DNA of 64,000 nt from an uncultured Phycisphaerales bacterium (GTDB lineage: Bacteria > Planctomycetota > Phycisphaerae > Sedimentisphaerales > Anaerobacaceae), in contig CAVYYI010000001.1 of NCBI GenBank assembly GCA_963772725.1, forward strand, positions 896,001 through 960,000, in the 5' to 3' direction. Position 1 is the stretch's first letter. Each line of letters starts with the position of its first letter. Made by a program: the position numbers and the translations under genes. A model generated the notes under the pieces. That model did not search any database, was not told the origin of the DNA, and worked only from the letters and a program-made list of their open reading frames with translations. This document shows positions 10,710 through 21,539 of the stretch, in pieces.

Positions 10710-12002
10710 TTATTTAAGGGTTCGGTTTAATTGTCTCTGGAGGTTTTTGAGATAGTTCACTTTATTATTTCCGAGCAGGAGAATCGGGAAAGCGGTCTTA
10801 TTGTGCATTAACGGCTCATTCATATCGACGAGCTTTGCGGCTTCATCGCCGTCAGGTGTGCTGGGAATCGGCGAAAAGTCGGCGAGCATTCCTCTTATGC
10901 CCAGACTACTAACAAATCGCATCGAGGTCTCAAGTTCATGAGTACTGCAGTGGAGATGGCCGAGAATCTGATAGGCGGTGATATTTTCCGGTAAGGCGCC
11001 TGCGGCTTTAAGATATTTGACAGCGTCAGCGAGTTCATTGGGGAAAACTTTAGAGCCGGTATTCTGTTGCCGATTTTCGGAGACACTTTCAAAACCGAGA
11101 TAAAATGTTTTGAAGCCAGCCCGTACCATTAACTCGGCCAGTTCCTTTGTGATAAAGCGGGCGTTAAGAGCGTTTGGTGTGTGCAGATTAACCTTTGCAT
11201 TTCGTTTTAGAACCGCGTTTAGAAATGGAACCAGACCTTGCTCCGCGTTAAATAGTATGGCATCATCATAAAAAGCGATATTCTTGATACCGCGGCCTAA
11301 AAGCATATCAAGTTCTGCGAGAGAGCGTTCTATCGGCCTGACTTGGAATTTGCCATAGACCTTAGGCACGGAACAATAGGTGCAGCTAAATGGGAAGCCT
11401 TGCGTCAATTTCAGGACACCAACATTTAATTTATCATACACTTCCCATAACGCGGGCTGGAGAAAATCCGGCTGAATATTGAGATAATCCCAAAGCGGGT
11501 TGAGCTGCGAACCGTGAATGATTAAATCCGCTCCCATTTTTCCAGCGTGTTCCTGGCATAGGGTTACATAATTTCCGCCGAGAATTATTTTCGCATCGCC
11601 CTGTAATTTTCGTATGTCGTCTATTATTTCCCGTACGCCTGGATACCAGTACGTCATCATTGTCTGGACAAATATGTAATCGAAAGGTTTTTCGGAGGCG
11701 AGTACATCCTGAAACATTTTTTGCGGCAGGCCGAACCTCTGGAAATATCGCGGTATTTTTTCAAGGAAGGAAGGAACCGCTATTTTTTTGGCGTAAAATT
11801 GTCCCCTGTCCCACGTGTCGTGTTTCAAATCTTTTTGCGAAGCGTAAAAGGGATGGAGCCTGTCCATATAATCGAACAGCTTAAAATCCGCCCTGCCCCG
11901 TAAAAAGCCCGCAACGCTCAACAGGCCATAAGGTTTGAGCCAGAAATCGTAAGCCGCGAAATCATACACCGGCGGATTAATCAACAGAATTCTAATATCC
12001 AT
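10710..12002 (-). CDS. B12-binding-domain radical SAM protein
   Basis: ILLINPPVYDFAAYDFWLKPYGLL, MTYWYPGV, ILGGNYVTL; cluster motif reads GFPFSCTYC; AFYDDA, TPNAL, LGFES. Confidence 0.85.
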   Translation of the reverse strand: MDIRILLINPPVYDFAAYDFWLKPYGLLSVAGFLRGRADFKLFDYMDRLHPFYASQKDLKHDTWDRGQFYAKKIAVPSFLEKIPRYFQRFGLPQKMFQDVLASEKPFDYIFVQTMMTYWYPGVREIIDDIRKLQGDAKIILGGNYVTLCQEHAGKMGADLIIHGSQLNPLWDYLNIQPDFLQPALWEVYDKLNVGVLKLTQGFPFSCTYCSVPKVYGKFQVRPIERSLAELDMLLGRGIKNIAFYDDAILFNAEQGLVPFLNAVLKRNAKVNLHTPNALNARFITKELAELMVRAGFKTFYLGFESVSENRQQNTGSKVFPNELADAVKYLKAAGALPENITAYQILGHLHCSTHELETSMRFVSSLGIRGMLADFSPIPSTPDGDEAAKLVDMNEPLMHNKTAFPILLLGNNKVNYLKNLQRQLNRTLK

Positions 12003-12143
12003 AATCATCAGCCTTGCATTAAACGGCAATAGCAGGAATCTGCAAAAAAAAGCTAAAATAATGGTATAAATTTTACAAATTTAATATACTATATAAAGCT
12101 TCGTATATAAAGAAAAAGGCTTTGTTATATTGAGTAACCCAAA

Positions 12144-13386
12144 ATGACACCAAGAGAACGGGTACTGGCGAGCATATCACATAAACAGCCGGACAAGGTG
12201 CCGATAGACCTCGGCGGGACACCAAGTTCCGGCATATCGGCTATCGCGTACGGCAATTTGAAGAAGCACCTGAAAATTGAAAAAGGTCACACCCGTATCT
12301 ACGATGTCGTTCAACAGCTTGCCCAGCCGGAAGATTTTATTCTCAACCGTTTCGATATTAGCGTTCTCGATATCGGCAGAACATTTAATACCAACGACAC
12401 TGACTGGTACGATATTACGATGGTTAACAACGCAAAGGCCCAGTATCCGGTGTGGTTTAGGCCAGCTAAACAGCCTGATGGTTCGTGGGATGCCTTTGCC
12501 AATGACGGTACGCTTGTCGCCAGGAAGCCTGCAACAGGAACATTTTTCGACCAGGCGGTATTTCCTTATATCGATGGCTACCCGACCGATTATAAGGATT
12601 TACCCAAGGCGATGAGTAAAGTGCTTTGGTCGGCGCTAGTGCATAGTCCCTGGGACCACGCCTGCGAAAAGGATTTCTGGCAGATGCTGCGGCAAAGGGC
12701 GCTGGATTTACGCGACAAAACCGACCGGGCATTGATTATTGTCGCGGGCTGCAATTTGTTTGAATGGGGTACTTTTCTTCGGCGAATGGATAATTTTCTG
12801 ATGGATTTATATACAGCGCAGGCGGATGTCGAAAAGCTGCTCGATGTCCTGATGGAACAGCACCTTGCTGTGCTTGAAAAGGTCTGCCATGCTGTGGGTG
12901 ATATCGCGGATGTTCTGCGTTTCGGCGATGACCTCGGTATGGATAACGGCCCGCTTATGTCGCCGGAGATTTACAGAAAACTTTTTAAGCCGCGCCACAC
13001 ACAATTATGTCAATATGTTAAAACGCACAGCAAAATGCACACCTTTTTGCATTCGTGCGGTTCGATATATAAACTAATGCCCGACCTCATCGAGGCGGGT
13101 TACGATATCATTAATCCGGTTCAAACCAACTGCGTTGATATGGAGCCGGAAAAACTCAAAAAAGAATTTGGCAAAGATATTGCCTTCTGGGGCGGCGAGC
13201 GATACGAGAAATGTACTGAATCGTGCCTCGTCAGCCGAGGTCAAGGCGCACGTTATCGACAGGCTGAAAATCTTTGCTCCAGGTGGTGGTTTTGTTTTCA
13301 ATACCGTTCACAATATCCTGCCGGACGTTCCACCACAAAATATTGTTGCGTTGTTTGATGCAATTAAAGAGTTTAATGGAGATTGA
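12144..13386 (+). CDS. Uroporphyrinogen decarboxylase (URO-D)/MtaA-CmuA methyltransferase family protein (frameshift near 13195)
   Basis: MTPRERV..PDKVPIDLG, FGDDLG, FLHSCGSI, INPVQ, FWGG; second frame gives APGGGFVFNTVHNILPDVPPQN. Confidence 0.9.
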
Positions 13387-13387
13387 C

Positions 13388-15010
13388 ATGATGCATTGTA
13401 TTCTCGGGAAAATAAATCTTGGTGCTTTGGATATCGGCGTATTAATCGGCTATCTTGTTATCATCGTTTCGATAGGCCTGATTGCCGGGATACGCAACCG
13501 TGCGAAGTCGGAGGGCAAAGGCTATTTTCTTGCCGGTGGTAAACTCCTTTGGCCTATGATTGGACTGTCTATGTTCTCGACGAACATTTCGACGATTCAC
13601 TTAGTCAGCCAGGCACAGGAAGGCTACATGAACGGTCTTGCTTATGGAAACTTCGAATGGATGGCGCCATTTCTGCTTATTATTTTGTCTCTATTTTTCG
13701 CGCCGTTTTATCTTCGCTCAAGGGTTGCTACGCTGCCGGACTTCCTCGAAAAAAGATATAACAGAAGTTGCCGCGACTGGCTCGCCGGTCTTTCGATTCT
13801 TTCCGCTATAATTATCCATATCGGCTTTACTCTCTATACCGGTGCCGTGGTGCTGAAAGGATTGTTCGGCATCCCGATTAACTACAGCATTGTTGTTGCT
13901 GCGGTGCTTACGGGTATTTACACAACGGTAGGTGGATTATTCGCAGTGGTTGTTACTGAATCGATTGAAACCTGCGTCCTGCTTGTAGGCGCAATTCTGA
14001 TAACGACTGTCGCTTATTTTAAGGCGGGATGCTGGTCGGATATCGTCGAAAGCGTACCGGCTGTAAAACTTACGGTGCTGCGTTCTGCCAACGACCCCTC
14101 AAATCTGCCTTGGTATGCGGTATTTCTGGGCTATCCGATTATTGGTTTATGGTATTGGTGTGCCGACCAGACTATTGTTCAGCGGCTGCTTGGCGCAAAA
14201 GACGAAAATCACGCGCGAGTCGGCCCGCTTTTCGCGGGATTCATAAAGATTCTGCCTGTCTTTATTTTTGTTCTGCCTGGAACGATTTGCCTTGCGTTAA
14301 TCAACCAGGGCAAACTTCCTAAACTTGAAGATTCGAAAGACACTTACGCCTTTATGATTACCCACCTGCTTCCTGTCGGGGCAAGAGGCGTTATGGCGGC
14401 GGCGCTTATGGCCGCTCTTATCGAGCACTGTTTCCGGTGCGCTTAATTCAATCGCCACGCTTTTCAGTTACGACCTTTACAAACGCTGGCGGCCTGATAC
14501 GCCAGACCACAAATTAGTTGTAATCGGCAAAATTGCAACAGTTGTCGGGATGTTCATCGCGATTATCTGGTCGCCTTTCATCGGGCATTTTGAAAGCATT
14601 TACCAGGGCTGTTCCGCGTTGATATGCTATATCGCTCCGCCTATTACTGCGGTATTTTTCTGGGGTGTTTTCTGGAAACGCGCATCGGGTAAGCGCAACG
14701 TTTACGACCTTGTCCATCGGCTCTTTTCTCGGGCTGGTCGTATTTTTGCTCGAACTGGTTCAAAAAGGAAACCGGATGGAATGTGCCGTTTATGATGGCC
14801 ACATTTTATCTTTTCCTGATATGCTCAGCTATTCTGATAATAGTTTCATTGTTCAGCCCACATCAACATAACGAGGAAAGCGAAAAACTTGTCTGGAAAA
14901 ATCCGCTTGAAGCGTTAAAATCTCCCGGCTGGCCAGGTATCGGCAATTACAAGCTCCTCGCAGCTGTTTTGTTCGTTACAATGATTATTCTTTATATAAT
15001 TTTTGCATAA
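13388..15010 (+). CDS. Sodium:solute symporter (SSS family, sugar-type), frameshifted
   Basis: YFLAG, TNISTIHLV, TLPDFLEKRY, YTTVGGL, WYWCADQTIVQRLLGAK; continuation in other frames. Confidence 0.9.
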
Positions 15011-15030
15011 GTTAAACAGGAGTTCAAATT

Positions 15031-16152
15031 ATGACTTCAAAAGAAAGAATGTTGCGTACCTTACACAGGGGAAAACCGGACCGTTTGCCGGTAACTATTC
15101 ACCAGTGGCAACAGTATCATCTCGACACCTATATGGACGGTATGGATGCCTTATCCGCTTTTAAAGCTATTGGCATGGATGCCGCTATCCAGTATTTTGA
15201 GGCGATGGGACAGTTTTGGATTCCTAACGCTGAGAAATATATCGTCCAGACTCCACAGTGGAAAGAAGAAATTGAGGTAATTAACGGCGATCCTCAAAAT
15301 AAACTTCTGCATCATACTATTACTACGCCGGATGGAAAACTTACCTATAAAACAGGCGGGAACCTCACTACGACATGGATAACTGAATATCTTATAAAAA
15401 ACCACGATGACATCGACCTGATAGATAAATATATGCCTGTTGCGAAACTCAACAAGAAGAAGATTTCCGCCGCTTACGATGAAATTCGTGACGCTGGAAT
15501 TCTGCGAGGCTTTGTCTGGGGCGACCAGGCCGGCTGCTGGCAGCACGCCTGCTGTCTTATCGACGTCCAGCAGCTTATTATGGAAACCTTCGACAATCCC
15601 GACTGGGTGCATCGTCTTATGCGCATTTTGCTGAATAAGAAGCTGCGGTTCATAGAGGAATCTTTGACCGGTGCGAAATTTGACCTTATTGAAACGGGCG
15701 GCGGCGCCGCGAGCGATACGGTTATTTCTCCAAAGCTTCATCGCGAATTCTGTATGCCTTATGACAGGGAAATGCACAGGGCATTGCATAAACACGGTTT
15801 AATCTCCACATATCACACCTGCGGCGGTATGATAAATATCCTCGATTTGATTATCGAAAACGAAACGGATGTCTCTGAAACACTCGCACCGCCAAGTGTG
15901 GGCGGCAATATCATCGAACCTGAAAAAGTCCGGGAAAAATTCAAGGGTAAAGTCGCGATGATAGGCGGTATGGACCAGTTCAATGTTCTTACCAACGGCA
16001 CAAAACAGCAGATAGTAAATGAGGTAAACCGGCTGTTCGAGGGTTTTGGGAAAGATGGCGGATATATTCTCGCGGCTTCCGACCATTTCTTTGACGCACC
16101 GGCTGAAAATCTAAGGATATTTGCTGACGCCGCCAAACAATGCAGATATTAA
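15031..16152 (+). CDS. URO-D/MtaA-CmuA family protein
   Basis: MTSKERML..PDRLPV, YHTCGGM, IGGMDQ, GGYILAASDHFF. Confidence 0.88.
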   Translation: MTSKERMLRTLHRGKPDRLPVTIHQWQQYHLDTYMDGMDALSAFKAIGMDAAIQYFEAMGQFWIPNAEKYIVQTPQWKEEIEVINGDPQNKLLHHTITTPDGKLTYKTGGNLTTTWITEYLIKNHDDIDLIDKYMPVAKLNKKKISAAYDEIRDAGILRGFVWGDQAGCWQHACCLIDVQQLIMETFDNPDWVHRLMRILLNKKLRFIEESLTGAKFDLIETGGGAASDTVISPKLHREFCMPYDREMHRALHKHGLISTYHTCGGMINILDLIIENETDVSETLAPPSVGGNIIEPEKVREKFKGKVAMIGGMDQFNVLTNGTKQQIVNEVNRLFEGFGKDGGYILAASDHFFDAPAENLRIFADAAKQCRY

Positions 16153-16223
16153 AACAGGTCTCGACAGCTAAAAACAGAGCAATCAAAATCTGAATTTTGT
16201 CCGCATTTTAAACGTCAATTTAC

Positions 16224-16252
16224 TTGACCAACGGTCTTATTTCGTTTTTAAT
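16224..16252 (+). promoter_or_regulatory. Putative sigma70 promoter of the aminotransferase gene
   Basis: TTGACC-N17-TTTAAT about 65 nt upstream of the ATG. Confidence 0.45.
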
Positions 16253-16316
16253 ACCTCCCTGAACTCAGTGTTAATCTGTGTAAATCCGTGTCTAAAAAGT
16301 AAAAGGGATAAAAAAG

Positions 16317-17504
16317 ATGAAAGTCAGTAAAAGAGCGATGGAAGTGCCGCCTTCGGCGACTATGGCGGTTGATTCAAGATTCAAACAGCTAAAAGCCCAG
16401 GGCATCAACGTAATTGGTTTCGGCGCTGGCGAACCGGATTTCGACACGCCGGACTACATTAAAAATGCCGCTATCGAGGCAATAAAAGCCGGTCAGACAA
16501 AATATACCGCGACACCGGGAATAATCGAACTGCGAACGGCAATCGCCAACAAACTACAGAGGGAAAACGGGCTGAATTATACCCCACAGCAGGTTATCGT
16601 GAATATCGGCGCAAAGCATTCTATTTATGAGGCGATGCAGGCTGTTCTCGAACCGGGCGATGAAGTTATTCTACCCGCGCCATACTGGGTGACGTATCCT
16701 GAAACGATAAAACTTGCTGGCGCAAAGGCAAAAATTATTAACACCGACAATTCCACCGACTACAAAATCACACCCAAACAGTTGAAAAAAGCTATTAAGA
16801 AAAAGACTGTGATGCTCGTGGTTAACTCACCAAACAATCCCGGCGGTTTTACGTATAGCCCTGAAGAACTTGCCGCCCTGGCGGAAGTCCTTGTCGGTAC
16901 AAATGTAATGGTGCTTTCGGACGAAATTTATGAAAAGCTTGTGTACGGCAATACTAAATTCGTAAGCTTTGCATCCCTTAGCCAGGACGCTTATAACAGG
17001 ACGATTACTGTCAATGGTTTCAGCAAGGCCTTTTCAATGACGGGCTGGCGCCTTGGTTATACCGCAGGCCCCAAAGACGTAATAGATGCGATGGAAAGGC
17101 TTCAATCTCACATGACGCAGAATCCAGTGTCGTTTGTTCAAAGAGCTGCCGTTGCCGCCCTTAATGAACCCAGTGACGCCGTTGAAAAAATGCGTGCCGA
17201 ATTCGAACGACGCGGGAAATATATGGCAGAAAGATTAAATAATATGACCGGTGTTGTATGTTCCGAACCAACGGGAGCATTTTATTGTTTTCCCGATGTT
17301 TCCAGCCATTTCGGCAGAAATATGAATGGCGTTAAAATTACCGGCAGTATGGATTTTTCGAAGGTACTTTTAGAGCATGGCAATGTCGCTTTGGTACCGG
17401 GACTGCCTTTCGGATGCGATAACAACGTGCGACTCAGTTTTGCCACCTCGCTTGAGCAGATAACAAAGGGGCTGGATAGACTGGAACAATGGCTGAAACA
17501 GTAA
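16317..17504 (+). CDS. aspC: PLP-dependent class I/II (aspartate) aminotransferase
   Basis: GAGEPDFDTP, PYWVTY, NSPNNPGG, SDEIYE, GFSKAFSMTGWRLGY. Confidence 0.92.
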   Translation: MKVSKRAMEVPPSATMAVDSRFKQLKAQGINVIGFGAGEPDFDTPDYIKNAAIEAIKAGQTKYTATPGIIELRTAIANKLQRENGLNYTPQQVIVNIGAKHSIYEAMQAVLEPGDEVILPAPYWVTYPETIKLAGAKAKIINTDNSTDYKITPKQLKKAIKKKTVMLVVNSPNNPGGFTYSPEELAALAEVLVGTNVMVLSDEIYEKLVYGNTKFVSFASLSQDAYNRTITVNGFSKAFSMTGWRLGYTAGPKDVIDAMERLQSHMTQNPVSFVQRAAVAALNEPSDAVEKMRAEFERRGKYMAERLNNMTGVVCSEPTGAFYCFPDVSSHFGRNMNGVKITGSMDFSKVLLEHGNVALVPGLPFGCDNNVRLSFATSLEQITKGLDRLEQWLKQ

Positions 17505-17726
17505 CGTCGTTAAAGAAAATGCATTATTTGTACGCACCATAAGTTAGCGGCTGATTTTTTTATTTTTTTAACTTTTCTGCCAACACTTATAGGGCTGGTT
17601 CGTCTAACTATTAAGTTCAGACAATAAAACATTGTTTATATTGCTGTTTAAAGACGATAAATCATTATTAAACAGAATTGCATTTTTTTATTGAACTTAT
17701 TCTAATAAATAGGATAAATTACAATA

Positions 17727-20069
17727 ATGGCTGATACAATAAGTGAACCGTTAGTAAAAAAAGAACGTGAGGCACTGTCCGGCTGGCCTATGATATTAGG
17801 CTGGGTGGCAATGCTGATTTTTGCTCTGCACGCCAGTACACACATGGTCGGTGCGGGCGATACTTGGGTCGCGATGGCCTGCGGAAGGCATTTTATAAAT
17901 CACGGTGTCAATACCGTTGAGCCGTTCAGCGCAAACTCGCATAAGGCTGGCCCCACCGTCGAAGAGGTTAAAGCCTGGCCTGAATGGGCGCAGTGGATTA
18001 CCGACAAGGTGGGTATCGAAACCGTCAGGCACTGGCATCCTACCGGATGGATAAATCAAAATTGGCTTACCCATGTTATTTTTTACTGGCTTGCAGAGTT
18101 GTCACCATTTGCAGATGCGCAATCTCTTTCCTTCAACACTCTTGTTTACTGGAAGTTCGCTGTTTACATCCTTACGATTATATGCGTCTATTATACCAGC
18201 CGCATTTTAGGTGTTAATCCCGCCCTGGCAGCGGTGTTTTCATGTTTTGCCTTATTTGTTGGCCGAAGCTTTTTCGATATTCGGCCGGCGGGTTTCTCGA
18301 ATCTCTCCGTAGCGGTATTTCTACTGATACTCGTCCTGACGACATATCGGAATATACTTTATATATGGCTTATCGTTCCCTTATCTGTTTTATGGTGCAA
18401 TTTGCATGGCGGTTACATATATGTTTTCATAATGCTTGCGCCTTTTATCATGTTTAATCTTTTAACTTGTGCCGCGAAAAAAAGATTTGTCTCTATCAGG
18501 CTAAAAGGTATATATCATACTCTCGCTGCCGGCTTCGTAGCCTTCATTGCTGTAATAGTATTAAATCCCTTTCATTTGACAAACCTGACACATACTTTTA
18601 TTATCAGTATCGATAAACACGCTGAAATGTGGCGTAATGTTAATGAATGGCACCCCGCCTTTGAATTCAGCAATCCGGTGGGTGATTCGAGACCGTTTTT
18701 GATTATGTTTATAATCGGCTGTGTGCTGATTGTCGCATGGAATGTGGTATTATTATTCACCAATGGTTTTATTAACAGTATTCGCCAGCCCAAAAAGAAA
18801 CCGGTTAACACCAGTGAATATTCGCTGCCTAAAATTGATTTGGCGCTGATTATCATAGCCGCTTTGACAATTTATATGGCCATCAAATCCAGAAGGTTCA
18901 TACCGATTGCCGCTATTGTAGCATGTCCCGTTATCGCTATGTTTATAGACCAGATTATACGCTCAATTTCTGCGTTTCTGAACTTCAAGGAGTTTGGTCG
19001 CTTTACTGTTCCCTCAATGCCCAGAGTTTTTCAGCTCTCATTAACTGCCTGCGGCGCTGCCGCGGTACTTATTTTCGGCCTGTGGTGGGGTTATAAATTC
19101 AAGGTTGTTTATCTTGACCCCTGGCCGGACGATACAAGATTAACATCAGTATTTATGAGAATGACCGCCTCACATGTTAAACCGTTTGCTGCCTGTCAGT
19201 TCATTAGGGATAACAAACTGGCCGGAAATATGTTTAACTACTGGACCGAGGGCGGATTTATCGCCTGGGGACAGAATCCCGACCCTGTTACAGGGCGTAC
19301 CCCCCTGCAATTGTTTATGGACGGCAGAGCACAGGCAGCTTATAAACCTGAAGCCTACATCGACTGGTCAAATATTATGGCGGGAGGACCGGTATTTGAG
19401 GCTGCACAGTTGAGAAGACTCCCGCTTACGGAAGCTAATTATAGAGACATCGGCGTATGGATTGACGGTCAGATGAAAAAACACAATGTTTGGGTTATCT
19501 TAATGCCAATTAATCAATTTGACTCAAGTTTTGTAAAAGGGCTTGAAACCAGACAGAACTGGCCGATTGTCTTTGTCAATAACAAGGAAAAATTATACGT
19601 TGATATCAATACACCGCAGGGCAAAAACCTTTTCGAGGGCATATTAAATGGCAGCGTTGTTTATCCGGACCAGTTCAGTAAAAATCTTATCTTGGCGCAT
19701 AACACCATTTTATACGGTTCATCCCAGCAGGATAGAAAGGAAGGCCTTGATTTTGCCATTAAAGCCTTTGAATTTGAACCTTCGCAGGCTCCTGTACAGC
19801 AGATAATATTTGCTACTCGATTCCCGGAGCTGCGCGGTACCCTCACAAAATTCTGTGAAGATTACGTCAGAACTTTTGAACAGAAAAAAGGCCAGTGGGC
19901 CATGCAGGATGGTTATAATAATAAAATTATCGCCGCGCTTCATGCTGTAAATTATCTGCAAAAACTCGCTAAGCTTCAGGAAAATGTCAAACTTGATGAA
20001 GATTATACGGAGAAGAGAAACCGATATGAAAAAGAGCGTGCGCAATTGCTCGAAACAAAAAGGTGGTGA
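17727..20069 (+). CDS. Multi-pass membrane protein, possibly a GT-C-fold glycosyltransferase-like protein
   Basis: Many TM segments; motifs DTWVAMACGR, RPAGFS, WCNLHGGY, NEWHP, FNYWTEGGFIAW, FMDGRA; cotranscribed with a GT2 gene. Confidence 0.55.
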   Translation: MADTISEPLVKKEREALSGWPMILGWVAMLIFALHASTHMVGAGDTWVAMACGRHFINHGVNTVEPFSANSHKAGPTVEEVKAWPEWAQWITDKVGIETVRHWHPTGWINQNWLTHVIFYWLAELSPFADAQSLSFNTLVYWKFAVYILTIICVYYTSRILGVNPALAAVFSCFALFVGRSFFDIRPAGFSNLSVAVFLLILVLTTYRNILYIWLIVPLSVLWCNLHGGYIYVFIMLAPFIMFNLLTCAAKKRFVSIRLKGIYHTLAAGFVAFIAVIVLNPFHLTNLTHTFIISIDKHAEMWRNVNEWHPAFEFSNPVGDSRPFLIMFIIGCVLIVAWNVVLLFTNGFINSIRQPKKKPVNTSEYSLPKIDLALIIIAALTIYMAIKSRRFIPIAAIVACPVIAMFIDQIIRSISAFLNFKEFGRFTVPSMPRVFQLSLTACGAAAVLIFGLWWGYKFKVVYLDPWPDDTRLTSVFMRMTASHVKPFAACQFIRDNKLAGNMFNYWTEGGFIAWGQNPDPVTGRTPLQLFMDGRAQAAYKPEAYIDWSNIMAGGPVFEAAQLRRLPLTEANYRDIGVWIDGQMKKHNVWVILMPINQFDSSFVKGLETRQNWPIVFVNNKEKLYVDINTPQGKNLFEGILNGSVVYPDQFSKNLILAHNTILYGSSQQDRKEGLDFAIKAFEFEPSQAPVQQIIFATRFPELRGTLTKFCEDYVRTFEQKKGQWAMQDGYNNKIIAALHAVNYLQKLAKLQENVKLDEDYTEKRNRYEKERAQLLETKRW

Positions 20070-20072
20070 TTT

Positions 20073-20819
20073 GTGACAAACTATGTGTCACCTGCTGGAA
20101 ACTCCCAGGCCAATACCGAAGGGGCTGTCTCTATCAGCGTTTTTTTTCCCTGTTATAATGAAGAAGGCAATGTCGCCCGCACGACTGAAAAAGCCCTGGC
20201 TGTTCTCAATGAAATTGGGGCTGATTATGAAGTAATTATTGTTGACGATGGCAGTTGGGACGCTACCGGCAGAATCGCAGATGAAATCGCAGCGAAAAAC
20301 CCGCGAGTAAAAGTTGTTCATCATCCAACCAATCTCGGTTATGGGGCTGCCCTGCAGTCTGGTTTCCGTGCCGCGGGGAAAAACCTTGTTTTTTATACTG
20401 ATGGTGATGGCCAGTTCGATATAAAGGAAATGCCTCCGCTGCTGCCTTTGATAAGGCAATACGATATTGTGAGCTGTTACCGAATTAATCGCCAGGATAA
20501 TCTTATTCGAAAATTCAACGGCTGGGGCTGGACAAGGCTTAGCTGTATCCTCTTTGGAATGAACGTCAGGGATGTTGATTGCGCCTTTAAGCTCTACAAG
20601 AGGGAAATTTTTGACCATATTACAATGTCCAGTTCCGGGGCATTGATTGACACAGAAATCCTCGCACGCGCTCAGCGTAAGGGTTATACGATTACTCAGC
20701 GGGGTGTGCATCACTATCCGCGAACAGCCGGTAAACAAACCGGCGCAAACTTAAAAGTCATCTTCCGTGCTTTTAAAGAACTTTTCAAACTCTATAACCG
20801 TATCCGAAAAGAAGGCTGA
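20073..20819 (+). CDS. Glycosyltransferase family 2 (polyprenol-phosphate glycosyltransferase/DPM synthase-like)
   Basis: FPCYNEEGN, VDDGS, NLGYGAAL, TDGDGQ, DVDCAFKL. Confidence 0.92.
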   Translation: MTNYVSPAGNSQANTEGAVSISVFFPCYNEEGNVARTTEKALAVLNEIGADYEVIIVDDGSWDATGRIADEIAAKNPRVKVVHHPTNLGYGAALQSGFRAAGKNLVFYTDGDGQFDIKEMPPLLPLIRQYDIVSCYRINRQDNLIRKFNGWGWTRLSCILFGMNVRDVDCAFKLYKREIFDHITMSSSGALIDTEILARAQRKGYTITQRGVHHYPRTAGKQTGANLKVIFRAFKELFKLYNRIRKEG

Positions 20820-20872
20820 ACAGCTTAACTCGCATATTTCACCGCGGAGAACGCAAAGTAATTTGGAGGTAA

Positions 20873-21539
20873 CTGAAAATCGAATTTGAGGCAATATTGT
20901 TCGACCTTGACGGTACGCTGCTGGATACGCTTACCGATTTGGCTAATTCAATGAATTCTGCGCTGGCAGAGATGGGCTTTCCCATTCATCCCGTTGACGC
21001 ATATCGTTATTTCGTAGGAGATGGCATAGAGGACGAGGCAAGGCGTGCCACTGCCTGAAAATCATAAGGATAGCGGGACGATAAGCAAATGTGTCGCTAT
21101 TTCAAAAGAACACTACGCACAACACTGGGCTGACCACACAAGGCCTTATCCGGGTATTTCGGAACTGCTCGATGCCGTAGAAAAACGAAATATGGCGATG
21201 ACGGTGCTGTCTAATAAGCCGGATGAATTTACGCAGGTGATGGTTAAAAAGCTGCTTCCTGAACGCGGATTCAAGATAGTTCGCGGCGTAAGTCCTTCTG
21301 TGCGAAAAAAGCCCGACCCTGCCGGCACGCTGCAAATCGCTGGAGAACTTTCGATACCGCCTGAGCGATTCCTGTATCTCGGAGATACGAACACGGATAT
21401 GCAGACCGCAAACGCGGCGGGCATGTACGCGGTCGGAGCATTGTGGGGCTTTCGCACAGCAGATGAACTCATAGCAAACGGCGCAAAAGTGCTCGTGAAA
21501 ACGCCTCTTGATGTATTGGAAATTATCGAAGGAATATGA
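20873..21539 (+). CDS. HAD-family hydrolase (phosphoglycolate phosphatase-like); frameshift near 21045, start codon unclear
   Basis: Manual translation ILFDLDGTLLDT upstream of the tracked ORF; SNKP, KKPDP, YLGDTNTDMQTA, WGFR. Confidence 0.85.
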
